DNA of 18,074 nucleotides from Thermotogota bacterium (GCA_051748045.1 JBNJGY010000043.1:1-18074); one strand, 5' to 3'. Counted from the first letter of the stretch, positions 9,253 to 17,789 are shown. Notes: generated by a model not told the origin, from the sequence alone. Numbers and translations are program-made.

Positions 9253-9290
9253 AAAAGCACACTTGTCGAAGCAAGTGTGTTTTTTTATTT
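9253..9290 (+). terminator. Intrinsic terminator
   Basis: aaaagcacacttg-tcgaag-caagtgtgtttt followed by a T-run. Confidence 0.85.
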
Positions 9291-9386
9291 TGAAAATAAA
9301 TATAAACAATAGTAAAATATGAATATGTAAAAATTTTTAAAAATTCTTTAAACAAAAAAGCAACAAAAATGCGGAGCATTTTATTT

Positions 9387-9848
9387 ACCAACAACCTCCA
9401 ACATCCATCTTCCAACTGCCTTGTCATTTCGACTAAACAAAGTGCTGAGTAGAAATTGTTTCACAATTTCTGTTGTTAGATGCTAGTTGTTAGTTGTTTG
9501 TAAGTAACATATTTTGGGAAATATTGCGTATGTCACCTTGAGCTTGTCGAGAAAAGGTCTCATCAGTTAATTTTGCTTGCAAAATTGAATCTCCTCTAAA
9601 TGTTTTATAGGAGCGCCTTTGTAACAGGGTAGGAGTTTAGACACTTGTTTTTTAGTCAAAATAATAAATAGAGCTCTTCACTAGGTCAAAATGGTAAAAA
9701 TCATATAATGATTTCTATTGGATTTTGGGTAGCAAATTTTAATTTAGCTAAAAACGAGATTTCTCCAGCAAGGTCGAAATGACATACTTAAAATTTGCTT
9801 TTGAAATTTGGAAGCAAAACCAACAACCTCCATCATCCAACTTTCAAC
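9387..9848. repeat. Composite non-coding repeat element (REP/REPIN- or MITE-like)
   Basis: 30-bp direct repeats 9387-9416 and 9819-9848 (27/30 identical) enclose perfect 12-bp inverted repeats tgtcatttcgac (9422-9433) and gtcgaaatgaca (9773-9784). Several internal hairpins; modules recur at 17790-17896. Confidence 0.75.
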
Positions 9849-9898
9849 AAAATGTATTTTTTTCATAATTTATTTTCTATAAAAAGGAGTGATTAAAA

Positions 9899-11920
9899 GT
9901 GGAATACCCAAAAACAAAAAAAGTTAACCAAGTAGATGACTACTTTGGTTATAAAGTAGAAGACCCTTACAGGTGGATGGAAAATGAAGAATCTGAAGAT
10001 CTTAGGGAATGGATAAAAGAAGAGAACGAAATAACTTCTGATTATTTAGAAAAAATACCTTTTAGACACAAAATAAAAAAAAGACTAAAAGACTTGAATT
10101 CAGCAACTACATATGGAGATAGTTTTTTAGTTGGAGATTATTTATTCTACTATAAAAACGAATCTGGAGAAAATCAACCTAAAATATATTATCAAAAAGG
10201 TTTGAAAGGTGAAGAAGAACTATTTTTTGATCCAAACAAATTATCCAAAGATGGAACAGTTGCTGTTATGATTAGTAGTTTCTCAAAAGATCATAAATAT
10301 ATTACTTTAAATATTTCTGAATCAGGTTCAGATTGGCAAAAAATAAAAGTCATGGATATAGAAAGTAAAAAAATGTTGGACGACGAATTAAAAAAAATCA
10401 AAATGACCTATGTATCTTGGTTTAAAAATGGTTTTTTCTATTCAGGGTTTGAGCATAATACAGAAAACTTATCTGAAAAAAACAAAAACTTAAAAATATA
10501 CTTCCATATCTTAGGTACAAATCAAGAAGAAGATATGTTGATTTATGAAGATGAAGTGAATCCAGAGAGATTTGTTTTTGGTAATGTCACTCATAATCAA
10601 AAGTATATGTTTATTGAAACTACTGAGGGAACCTCTGGAAAAGAAGTATTTGTTAAAGATTTACAAGAAAATTCTGAGGTGAAATTACTTTTCAAAGGCT
10701 TTGATTTCGAATACGATTATATTGGTGACATTGAAGATAAAGTAATTTTCATGACAAATGAAGAAGCTCCAATGAACAAAATAATACAGGTAAATCCAAA
10801 AACTCTTGAAAGAAAAATTTTAGTTAAAGAAGATATTAAATTTGATGAAGCAAAAGTTATTAAAAACCATATAGTTGTAAAATATATAGAAGACGCTAAA
10901 TCAAAATTAGTTATTTTTGACCAAAAAGGTATCAAAAAACATGAAGTAGTTTTACCTGACAAAGGATTGGCATACCATATACAGGGGAATGAAGAATCAG
11001 ATGTTTTCACATTTCACTTTACATCCTTTACATACCCAGTATCAATATTTAGTTTTGATGCAAACTCTAACAAATTAATAAAAATTAAACAGTCAGAATC
11101 TTCTGTTAGTCCGGAAGATTTTGTCACTGAACAAATTTTTTATCCAAGTAAAGATGGAACAAGAATCCCTATGTTTATAGTCAGAAAAAAGGATTTAGTT
11201 CTTGACGGAAACAACCCAACAATTCTCTACGCTTATGGAGGATTCAATATTTCTATACCACCATTTTTTGATCCGAATAAATTATGGCTGCTTGAAAACA
11301 ATGGAATATTTGCTATAGCAAATATTCGTGGTGGTGGGGAATATGGAGAAACATGGCATAGATCGGGAATGCTATTAAACAAACAAAACGTTTTTGATGA
11401 CTTCATTACTGCTGCAGAATATTTAATAGAACACAAATATACATCAAAAGAAAAATTAGCAATCGAAGGAAGATCCAATGGAGGGTTATTAATTGGAGCT
11501 GTTATGAACCAAAGACCTGATTTATTCAAAGTTGCATTCCCAAGTGTTGGGGTTATGGATATGCTCAGATTCCAACACTTTACAATTGGATGGGCGTGGA
11601 AGGTAGAATATGGAAGCAGTGAAAACTCTAAAGAAGAATTTGAATATCTTTATAAATATTCTCCACTACATAATATTAGTCCAGAAAAAGATTATCCTTC
11701 AACAATGGTCATAACAGCGGATCATGATGATAGGGTTGTTCCTGCTCATTCTTTCAAATACACAGCTACTTTACAAGAAACTTATAAAGGCGAAAGCCCT
11801 ATATTAATTAGAATAAATACTAAATCCGGACACGGAGCTGGAAGATCTTTAGAAAAAACAATAGAAGAAAAAGCAGATCTCTATTCATTTATGTTCTATG
11901 AAATGGGAGAAGATATATAA
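9899..11920 (+). CDS. Prolyl oligopeptidase (S9A serine peptidase)
   Basis: GTG start with RBS AGGAG; EDPYRWME, YAYGGFN, NIRGGGEYG; catalytic GRSNGG, DHDDRVVP and GHGAG; no obvious signal peptide. Confidence 0.96.
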   Translation: MEYPKTKKVNQVDDYFGYKVEDPYRWMENEESEDLREWIKEENEITSDYLEKIPFRHKIKKRLKDLNSATTYGDSFLVGDYLFYYKNESGENQPKIYYQKGLKGEEELFFDPNKLSKDGTVAVMISSFSKDHKYITLNISESGSDWQKIKVMDIESKKMLDDELKKIKMTYVSWFKNGFFYSGFEHNTENLSEKNKNLKIYFHILGTNQEEDMLIYEDEVNPERFVFGNVTHNQKYMFIETTEGTSGKEVFVKDLQENSEVKLLFKGFDFEYDYIGDIEDKVIFMTNEEAPMNKIIQVNPKTLERKILVKEDIKFDEAKVIKNHIVVKYIEDAKSKLVIFDQKGIKKHEVVLPDKGLAYHIQGNEESDVFTFHFTSFTYPVSIFSFDANSNKLIKIKQSESSVSPEDFVTEQIFYPSKDGTRIPMFIVRKKDLVLDGNNPTILYAYGGFNISIPPFFDPNKLWLLENNGIFAIANIRGGGEYGETWHRSGMLLNKQNVFDDFITAAEYLIEHKYTSKEKLAIEGRSNGGLLIGAVMNQRPDLFKVAFPSVGVMDMLRFQHFTIGWAWKVEYGSSENSKEEFEYLYKYSPLHNISPEKDYPSTMVITADHDDRVVPAHSFKYTATLQETYKGESPILIRINTKSGHGAGRSLEKTIEEKADLYSFMFYEMGEDI

Positions 11921-11933
11921 ATAGTATATTTAT

Positions 11934-11962
11934 AAAAAGGCGATTAATAAATCGCCTTTTTT
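11934..11962 (+). terminator. Intrinsic terminator
   Basis: aaaaaggcgatt-aata-aatcgcctttttt. Confidence 0.88.
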
Positions 11963-12008
11963 CAATGATATAATATAATAAACTAAAATTTCTACTGGAG
12001 TGTGTTAA

Positions 12009-13457
12009 ATGATATTTTTTCTTTTTACAGATTGGAGCCCTATTTGGTACTTATTATATATTGTCTTTTCTACTTCTATTTTAACAATGGAGAGAAAAAG
12101 ACCAGAAAAAACTATAGTTTGGATTATAATATTAATAGTTTTTCCTCTTTTTGGAATAAGTTTGTACCTATTGTTTGGAAGAAATTGGAAAAGACGTAAA
12201 AATAGACTGAACATTAAAACCGATGACTTAACAAAAGAGCTTTTTAATATGTACAACACCAATCTTAAGCTGAATAAATATAAACCTTTAACCAATTTAT
12301 TTTCGAATAATAGCTATTCTCCTTTATATGGGAAGAACTACATCAATATTTTTTACGATGGAGAAAAACTCTTTAATAACATTATTGAAGATATTAAAAA
12401 AGCTAAAAGCCATATACATTTAGAATATTATATTTTTAGAGACGATAAAACTGGAAAAGCTATAATTAAAGAATTAATTAAAAAAGCTGAAAAAGGAATT
12501 GAAGTAAAAATAATAGCAGATAAAATGGGGTCTGTTGATTTAAAAAGAAAAACTATTAGAAAAATGAGAAAAAGCGGTATAGATTTTGTTTTTTATAGCT
12601 ATGTACTTGCTCCAATTTTAAAAGTAATAAATACTATGATTAATTATAGAAACCACAGAAAAATAATTGTTATAGATGGTGAAATAGGTTACACTGGTGG
12701 ATTTAATATAGGAGATGAATATATTAGTTCAGAAGAGTTTGGCAATTGGAAAGATACTCACATAAGGGTAACTGGTGATTTCGTATACGGGTTACAAGCA
12801 ACTTTCTTGGATGACTTCAACAGAATTAAGCATATTATAAAAGACAAATTTTTTGAACTGCAAAATCTACAAAAATATTTTCCCGAACATACAGATGATG
12901 ATCTGGACATAAAAATGCAGTTGATTAAAAGTGGTCCAGATTCAGATAACCCAGCCATTATGGAAGGTATTATGAAAATGATATCAATCGCTAAAAATAA
13001 TATTTATATAACAACACCTTATTTTATCCCAACTGACCAAATTCTTTCAGCTTTAAAAATAGCAATTTTTTCAGGAATAGATGTTTCTATTTTGATCCCC
13101 AAAAAAGTAGATCACAAAGTAGTTAGATGGGCTTCTATGACATATTTAGAAGAACTAATAGATATAGGTGGAAAAGTCTACTTATACGATGAAACTAATT
13201 TTTTACATTCAAAATCTATAACAATAGACGGAGAAATATGCTCAGTAGGTTCTGCAAACATGGATATAAGAAGTTATCTTTTGAATTATGAATTAAACGC
13301 TGTAATTTATGATGAAGAAATAACAAAAAATATTGAAGATGATTTTTTAAATAAAGTTAGAAAAAGTGAAATTTTAAATAAATATTATTTTGAAAAAAGA
13401 AGTCTCATTACAAAATACAAGGAATCTTTCGCAAGAATATTCTCAAATATAATGTAA
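12009..13457 (+). CDS. cls: Cardiolipin synthase
   Basis: Two N-terminal hydrophobic helices (PLDc_N-like); two HKD motifs, NHRKIIVIDG and LHSKSITIDG; GSANMDIRS. Confidence 0.94.
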   Translation: MIFFLFTDWSPIWYLLYIVFSTSILTMERKRPEKTIVWIIILIVFPLFGISLYLLFGRNWKRRKNRLNIKTDDLTKELFNMYNTNLKLNKYKPLTNLFSNNSYSPLYGKNYINIFYDGEKLFNNIIEDIKKAKSHIHLEYYIFRDDKTGKAIIKELIKKAEKGIEVKIIADKMGSVDLKRKTIRKMRKSGIDFVFYSYVLAPILKVINTMINYRNHRKIIVIDGEIGYTGGFNIGDEYISSEEFGNWKDTHIRVTGDFVYGLQATFLDDFNRIKHIIKDKFFELQNLQKYFPEHTDDDLDIKMQLIKSGPDSDNPAIMEGIMKMISIAKNNIYITTPYFIPTDQILSALKIAIFSGIDVSILIPKKVDHKVVRWASMTYLEELIDIGGKVYLYDETNFLHSKSITIDGEICSVGSANMDIRSYLLNYELNAVIYDEEITKNIEDDFLNKVRKSEILNKYYFEKRSLITKYKESFARIFSNIM

Positions 13458-13479
13458 TATAATTCTAGGGGGAATTTCT

Positions 13480-14925
13480 ATGTATGACATTTTAATAATT
13501 GGAGCTGGTGTCATAGGAACTTCAATAGCAAGAGAACTGAGTAAATATAACATGAAAATTGCTCTATTAGAAAAAACAAAAGATGTGAGCAATGGTTCAT
13601 CAAAAGCAAACAGTGGAATTGTTCATGGAAGATATGCTGCAAAACACGGGACATTAAAAGCTAAAATGTGTTCTGAAGGAAGAGAATATTTTCCGAAATT
13701 GAACGAGCAATTAAATTTTGGATATAGAAAAACTGGTGCTTTAGTACTTGGTTTCGAAAGTGAAGATTTAGCTTCAGTTGAAACTCTTAAAGAAAATGGT
13801 ATTAAAAATGGTTCTGATCCAAAAACATTAAAGATTCTAAAAGGAAAAGAAATACAAAATTACGAACCTTTAATAAATCCAGAAACAAAATATGCTCTTT
13901 ATGATAGTGAAGTTGGAGTATGTTCACCTTATGAAATGACAATCGCCTTAGCAGAAAACGCTATAAAAAATGGGTTAGACCTATTTTTAGAAAATGAAGT
14001 CGTAGATATATTAAAGGAAAATAATAAATTTAAAATAAAAACAAATCAAAAAAATTTCGATAGTAGAATTATTATAAATTGTGCAGGTGTAAATTCAGAT
14101 AAAATAGCAGAAATGGTAAATGCAGATAATTTTAAAATAACTCCTAGAAAAGGGCAATATATAATTTTTGAGAAAAAATCTGGAGAAAAAATAAATAACG
14201 TAGTTTTTCAACTACCAACAAAAAAAGGAAAAGGTGTTCTAGTCACCTCCACTTATCACGGAAATCTTATGATTGGCCCAGATTCACAAGAAATATTCAG
14301 TAGAGATGATAAGGGAACAGATATAGAATCACTAAAATATATTGTAGACACTGCACAAAAATCAGTACCAAATATTTTAGAAGATAAAATGATAAGATCA
14401 TTCTCCGGGTTGAGAGCAACTCCAGATAAAGATGATTTTATAATAGAAGAAAGCAACGTTGATAATTTTATAAACGTAGCAGGTATAGAGTCTCCTGGTT
14501 TAACTTCTTCTCCTGCAATAGCAAAAGAAATTATAAAAATAATAAAAACAAAAATAGATTTAAAAGAGAAAAAGAATTTTGACCCACATAGAAAACCTAT
14601 AATCATAAAAAAGAGTTTGAGTAATGAAGAAGTAAAAGAAAGACTTTTTATAGACTCATCACCAGAAAAAATCATCTGTAGATGTGAGCAAGTTACAGAA
14701 GGTGAAATTGTAGATGCTTTAAACAGAAATATTTTTATAACCACTCTAGATGGAGTAAAAAGAAGAACGAGAGCTGGAATGGGTTATTGCCAAGGGAATT
14801 TTTGCGGACCCAGAGTAAAAGAACTAATCACAAGAGAGAACGATATCCCGGAAGATAAAATCACAAAAAGTAGTGGTTCAGCAGATAATTTTGAAAGATT
14901 CAAAAAATTTCATGAATTAAAATAA
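13480..14925 (+). CDS. FAD-dependent oxidoreductase, GlpA/LhgO-like, with C-terminal BFD-like [2Fe-2S] domain (putative glycerol-3-phosphate dehydrogenase)
   Basis: IIGAGVIG, SKANSGIVH, PRKGQY, AGIESPGLTSSPAIA, ICRCEQVTEGEI...RTRAGMGYCQGNFC. Confidence 0.88.
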   Translation: MYDILIIGAGVIGTSIARELSKYNMKIALLEKTKDVSNGSSKANSGIVHGRYAAKHGTLKAKMCSEGREYFPKLNEQLNFGYRKTGALVLGFESEDLASVETLKENGIKNGSDPKTLKILKGKEIQNYEPLINPETKYALYDSEVGVCSPYEMTIALAENAIKNGLDLFLENEVVDILKENNKFKIKTNQKNFDSRIIINCAGVNSDKIAEMVNADNFKITPRKGQYIIFEKKSGEKINNVVFQLPTKKGKGVLVTSTYHGNLMIGPDSQEIFSRDDKGTDIESLKYIVDTAQKSVPNILEDKMIRSFSGLRATPDKDDFIIEESNVDNFINVAGIESPGLTSSPAIAKEIIKIIKTKIDLKEKKNFDPHRKPIIIKKSLSNEEVKERLFIDSSPEKIICRCEQVTEGEIVDALNRNIFITTLDGVKRRTRAGMGYCQGNFCGPRVKELITRENDIPEDKITKSSGSADNFERFKKFHELK

Positions 14926-14954
14926 AACAAGCGACTAGGTCGCTTGTTTTATTT
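14920..14954. terminator. Bidirectional intrinsic terminator
   Basis: 16-bp perfect stem aaataaaacaagcgac-tag-gtcgcttgttttattt between convergent genes. Confidence 0.9.
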
Positions 14955-15893
14955 ATTCATTCCTATAAAATCATTCCACATTTGAGTATTTTTTATAATC
15001 TTTTGTTCTTTAATATAACCTTCTCCATATTCAACAAATAAAGTAAAATCAAAATCCTCTAATTCTTGATTTTCTATGTAAATAACTCTTTCTGGTCCTC
15101 CATTTATCTCATTAGAAGTTAAAGGTACTTTTATATAAGCTCTTGTTGAAAAATTACCATAATCAACAATTTGAATAGAACCGTCATTAGTCGCATGTTC
15201 TTCTTTTTCGAACTCAGGATATAAATTTATAATTTCTTCTGTTTCTCCAGTATCTATTTTTAGGTATACATCCTTGATATTCAATTTATCTAAATATTTC
15301 TTTCCCATTTCGCTATTAAAAGTTATTCTAAATACTTTAAAATCTTTTGTTTTACTATTCTCAAAATATATTTCATAATCTAAATCGTAAGACTGATAAC
15401 TATATCTTGAAATATCTATTCTTCTAGGTTCTGATACGATGTTTTTGCCATCTTGATTATAATTAATTTGATAATAATAAGCCTTTGAAGTTTCAAAAGG
15501 CATAGTTGCTGTAAATTGTCCATTGGCTTCATTTTTCATTGCCATACTCTCTTTTTCATCTATCTCTCCAGTAGGCCAATAAATAATATTTGGTTGAACA
15601 TTTTCATAAATACCATTTAATACAAAGTGCCCTTTTAAAACTACCATCTCATCTCCTGGCTTAACAACTGAAAACTCTACATTTTTTACCCAACTTTCTT
15701 CATTTTCTCTCAAAACATTTCTAACAGTATTAACTACTCTATTTTCCATACCATTAATTTGAGACATAACAAATGATTCAACACGCATTCTTTCTTCCTC
15801 TAATTTTTTTGTTAAATTATTATTCTGTATTATTATGAAAATATTCATTACAAATAATATAATGATGAAAATATACAAAAGATATTTTTTCAT
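14949..15893 (-). CDS. Hypothetical membrane-anchored or exported protein (314 aa)
   Basis: Start moved to ATG 15893 after RBS AGGAGG (15899-15904). MKK plus a hydrophobic helix, then a coiled-coil-like segment and a beta-rich remainder. Confidence 0.8.
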   Translation of the reverse strand: MKKYLLYIFIIILFVMNIFIIIQNNNLTKKLEEERMRVESFVMSQINGMENRVVNTVRNVLRENEESWVKNVEFSVVKPGDEMVVLKGHFVLNGIYENVQPNIIYWPTGEIDEKESMAMKNEANGQFTATMPFETSKAYYYQINYNQDGKNIVSEPRRIDISRYSYQSYDLDYEIYFENSKTKDFKVFRITFNSEMGKKYLDKLNIKDVYLKIDTGETEEIINLYPEFEKEEHATNDGSIQIVDYGNFSTRAYIKVPLTSNEINGGPERVIYIENQELEDFDFTLFVEYGEGYIKEQKIIKNTQMWNDFIGMNK

Positions 15894-15921
15894 AAAATCC
15901 CTCCTATTTTTGTTTAACACT

Positions 15922-15950
15922 ATAATAATATCACAAAAATATACCGTCAA
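15922..15950 (-). promoter_or_regulatory. Putative sigma70 promoter for the minus-strand gene
   Basis: TTGACG-17 nt-TATTAT on the minus strand. Confidence 0.55.
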
Positions 15951-15988
15951 TAATATGACTAAAGTATTAAAGTTTTTACCTTTAAATA

Positions 15989-15997
15989 TGATATAAT
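15989..15997 (+). promoter_or_regulatory. Putative extended -10 promoter for the ABC-F leader
   Basis: TGaTATAAT about 15 nt upstream of the leader RBS. Confidence 0.55.
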
Positions 15998-16028
15998 GTA
16001 TTGAAGTCTAAAGAGGAGGTATTTATTA

Positions 16029-16112
16029 ATGATTAACAAAGCAGCTTTTTATAACCAAGTAAATACATATAATACCACTCGGGATTTCTATGCCTATTTG
16101 TATAAGGCATAA
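16029..16112 (+). CDS. Putative leader peptide (uORF) MINKAAFYNQVNTYNTTRDFYAYLYKA
   Basis: Strong RBS GAGGAGGT (16013-16020) 8 nt upstream of the ATG; 27 codons plus TAA; lies upstream of an attenuator. Confidence 0.75.
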   Translation: MINKAAFYNQVNTYNTTRDFYAYLYKA

Positions 16113-16147
16113 TTACTTATATATAAAACAGAAATTATTATAGACAT

Positions 16148-16179
16148 AAACCGTGTGGTTAATTCCACACGGTTTTTTT
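16148..16179 (+). terminator. Attenuator terminator in the ABC-F 5' leader
   Basis: aaaccgtgtgg-ttaatt-ccacacggttt plus T-run, ending 21 nt before the ABC-F start. Confidence 0.88.
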
Positions 16180-16200
16180 ATTTATAAAGGAGGAATTTTT

Positions 16201-17769
16201 ATGCAAGAAATACTAATAAATAATGTTGATTTTTATTATACATCACCATATAAAGAAATATTCAATAAATTAAATATAAATATAAACAAAAATTGGAAAA
16301 CAGGAATCATTGGTAAAAACGGGAGAGGTAAAACAACTTTATTAAAACTGTTATTAAATGAATTGGAACCAAGCAAAGGAAATATAGTCAATAATTCAAA
16401 CTTAATTTATTTTCCTTTTAAAACTCTAAAAATAGAAAATGCTTTTGAATATATAAAACAAAATATTGCACCTTATAAAAAATGGGAGAATAAAATAGAA
16501 AAATATTTACAAAATCCTACCGAAGAAAACCTCATAAAATATGACAAAATAATACAAAAATATCAGTTTTACAATGGATATACTATTAATGGAATAATAG
16601 AAAAAGAAATTCAAGAAATCGGTCTAGATAAAAACATACTAAAGAAATCTATTAATACTCTTAGTGGTGGAGAAATGACAAAAATAAACATAGTGATCCT
16701 ATTTCAAAAAAAAGGCAAGTTTCCATTAATAGACGAACCAACTAATCATTTAGACATGGAAGGCAGAGAAATATTGGCAAGCTATTTAAATAAAAAAGAA
16801 GGCTTCATAATGGTTTCACATGATAGATATTTTCTTGACTTAGCTTGTGATCATATAATATCTTTAAACAAACATACAATAGACATTAAAAACACTGATT
16901 TTTCAGGTTGGGAAAAAGCTCATGAAATAAAGCTTAACGAAGAAAATTCTAAAGACTATAAAATAAAAAAAGAAATAAAATCTCTTAAAAAGCAAGCAGA
17001 TCAGCAGTCAAAATGGTCTAATTCTAGAGAAAAAGATAAAAAAGGTAGCCGTGGCGATAAAGGAAATATAGGAGCATCAGCAGCAAAATTGATGAAAAAA
17101 TCAATATTGGCAAAAAGAAATATAAATAACAAAATATCTGAAAAACAAAAATTATTAAAAGATAAAGAAAAAGAATATAAACTCAAATTTAGAATTTCAG
17201 AAAAAGCTCCTAGTCAAATATTAGAAATAAGAAATCTAGATATTTCTTATGGAGAACAAAAAGTTTTGAATAATTTTAGCCTAGATATTAAAAAAGGTGA
17301 TAAAATAGCTATAACTGGGAAAAATGGTTCTGGTAAAACGTCTATAATAAGGGCTATTTTGAATCAAATAGACTACAAAGGACATATCCATTATCCTTCT
17401 TTTTTAAGAATTAATCATTTAAAACAAATTCCAGAGTGGCAAAATGGATTATTAAAGTATAGAGTAACAGAAAAAGGATATGATTATGAAGAATTCAGAA
17501 ACCTTTTAGGTAACTTAAACATAAGAGATGGAATACTCGAAAAAGATATTTCTGATTATTCTGAAGGTGAAAAGAAAAAAGTAGAAATAGCAAAATCATT
17601 AATAGAAGAATATGATTTGTATATTTGGGATGAACCTTTAAATTATATAGATATGCAAACGAGAAAAATAATTGAAGAAGCAATATTAAAATATGATCCA
17701 ACAATACTTTTTATAGAACACGATAGATATTTTGTTGAAAACATCGCAACTGATATTATTAAGCTTTGA
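16201..17769 (+). CDS. Ribosomal protection-type ABC-F ATPase, Lsa-like
   Basis: Two nucleotide-binding domains and no TM segment: WKTGIIGKNGRGKTT, LSGGE, LIDEPTNHLD, VSHDRYFLD; ITGKNGSGKTS, IWDEPLNYID, IEHDRYF. Linker WS...DKGNIG..AAKLMKKS resembles Lsa. Start ATG 16201 after AAGGAGG. Confidence 0.88.
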   Translation: MQEILINNVDFYYTSPYKEIFNKLNININKNWKTGIIGKNGRGKTTLLKLLLNELEPSKGNIVNNSNLIYFPFKTLKIENAFEYIKQNIAPYKKWENKIEKYLQNPTEENLIKYDKIIQKYQFYNGYTINGIIEKEIQEIGLDKNILKKSINTLSGGEMTKINIVILFQKKGKFPLIDEPTNHLDMEGREILASYLNKKEGFIMVSHDRYFLDLACDHIISLNKHTIDIKNTDFSGWEKAHEIKLNEENSKDYKIKKEIKSLKKQADQQSKWSNSREKDKKGSRGDKGNIGASAAKLMKKSILAKRNINNKISEKQKLLKDKEKEYKLKFRISEKAPSQILEIRNLDISYGEQKVLNNFSLDIKKGDKIAITGKNGSGKTSIIRAILNQIDYKGHIHYPSFLRINHLKQIPEWQNGLLKYRVTEKGYDYEEFRNLLGNLNIRDGILEKDISDYSEGEKKKVEIAKSLIEEYDLYIWDEPLNYIDMQTRKIIEEAILKYDPTILFIEHDRYFVENIATDIIKL

Positions 17770-17789
17770 TAGAAAATAAAAATAATTTT

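Noticed and set aside
9422-9784. Autonomous IS element
   Set aside because: No transposase ORF, and no clear target-site duplication directly abutting the 12-bp inverted repeats.
9387-9848. CRISPR array interpretation of the 30-bp direct repeats
   Set aside because: Only two copies about 400 bp apart, no regular spacers, no cas genes.
10717-14744. ORFs 10717-11010, 11233-11529, 12002-12199, 12005-12295, 12758-12958 and 14256-14744
   Set aside because: All overlap well-supported genes (peptidase, cls, oxidoreductase) in antisense or alternative frames; no motifs.
16153-16200. GTG start for the ABC-F gene
   Set aside because: Lies within the attenuator hairpin; AAGGAGG supports ATG 16201.
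17001-17704. Minus-strand ORFs 17001-17186 and 17495-17704
   Set aside because: Antisense shadows of the ABC-F gene.
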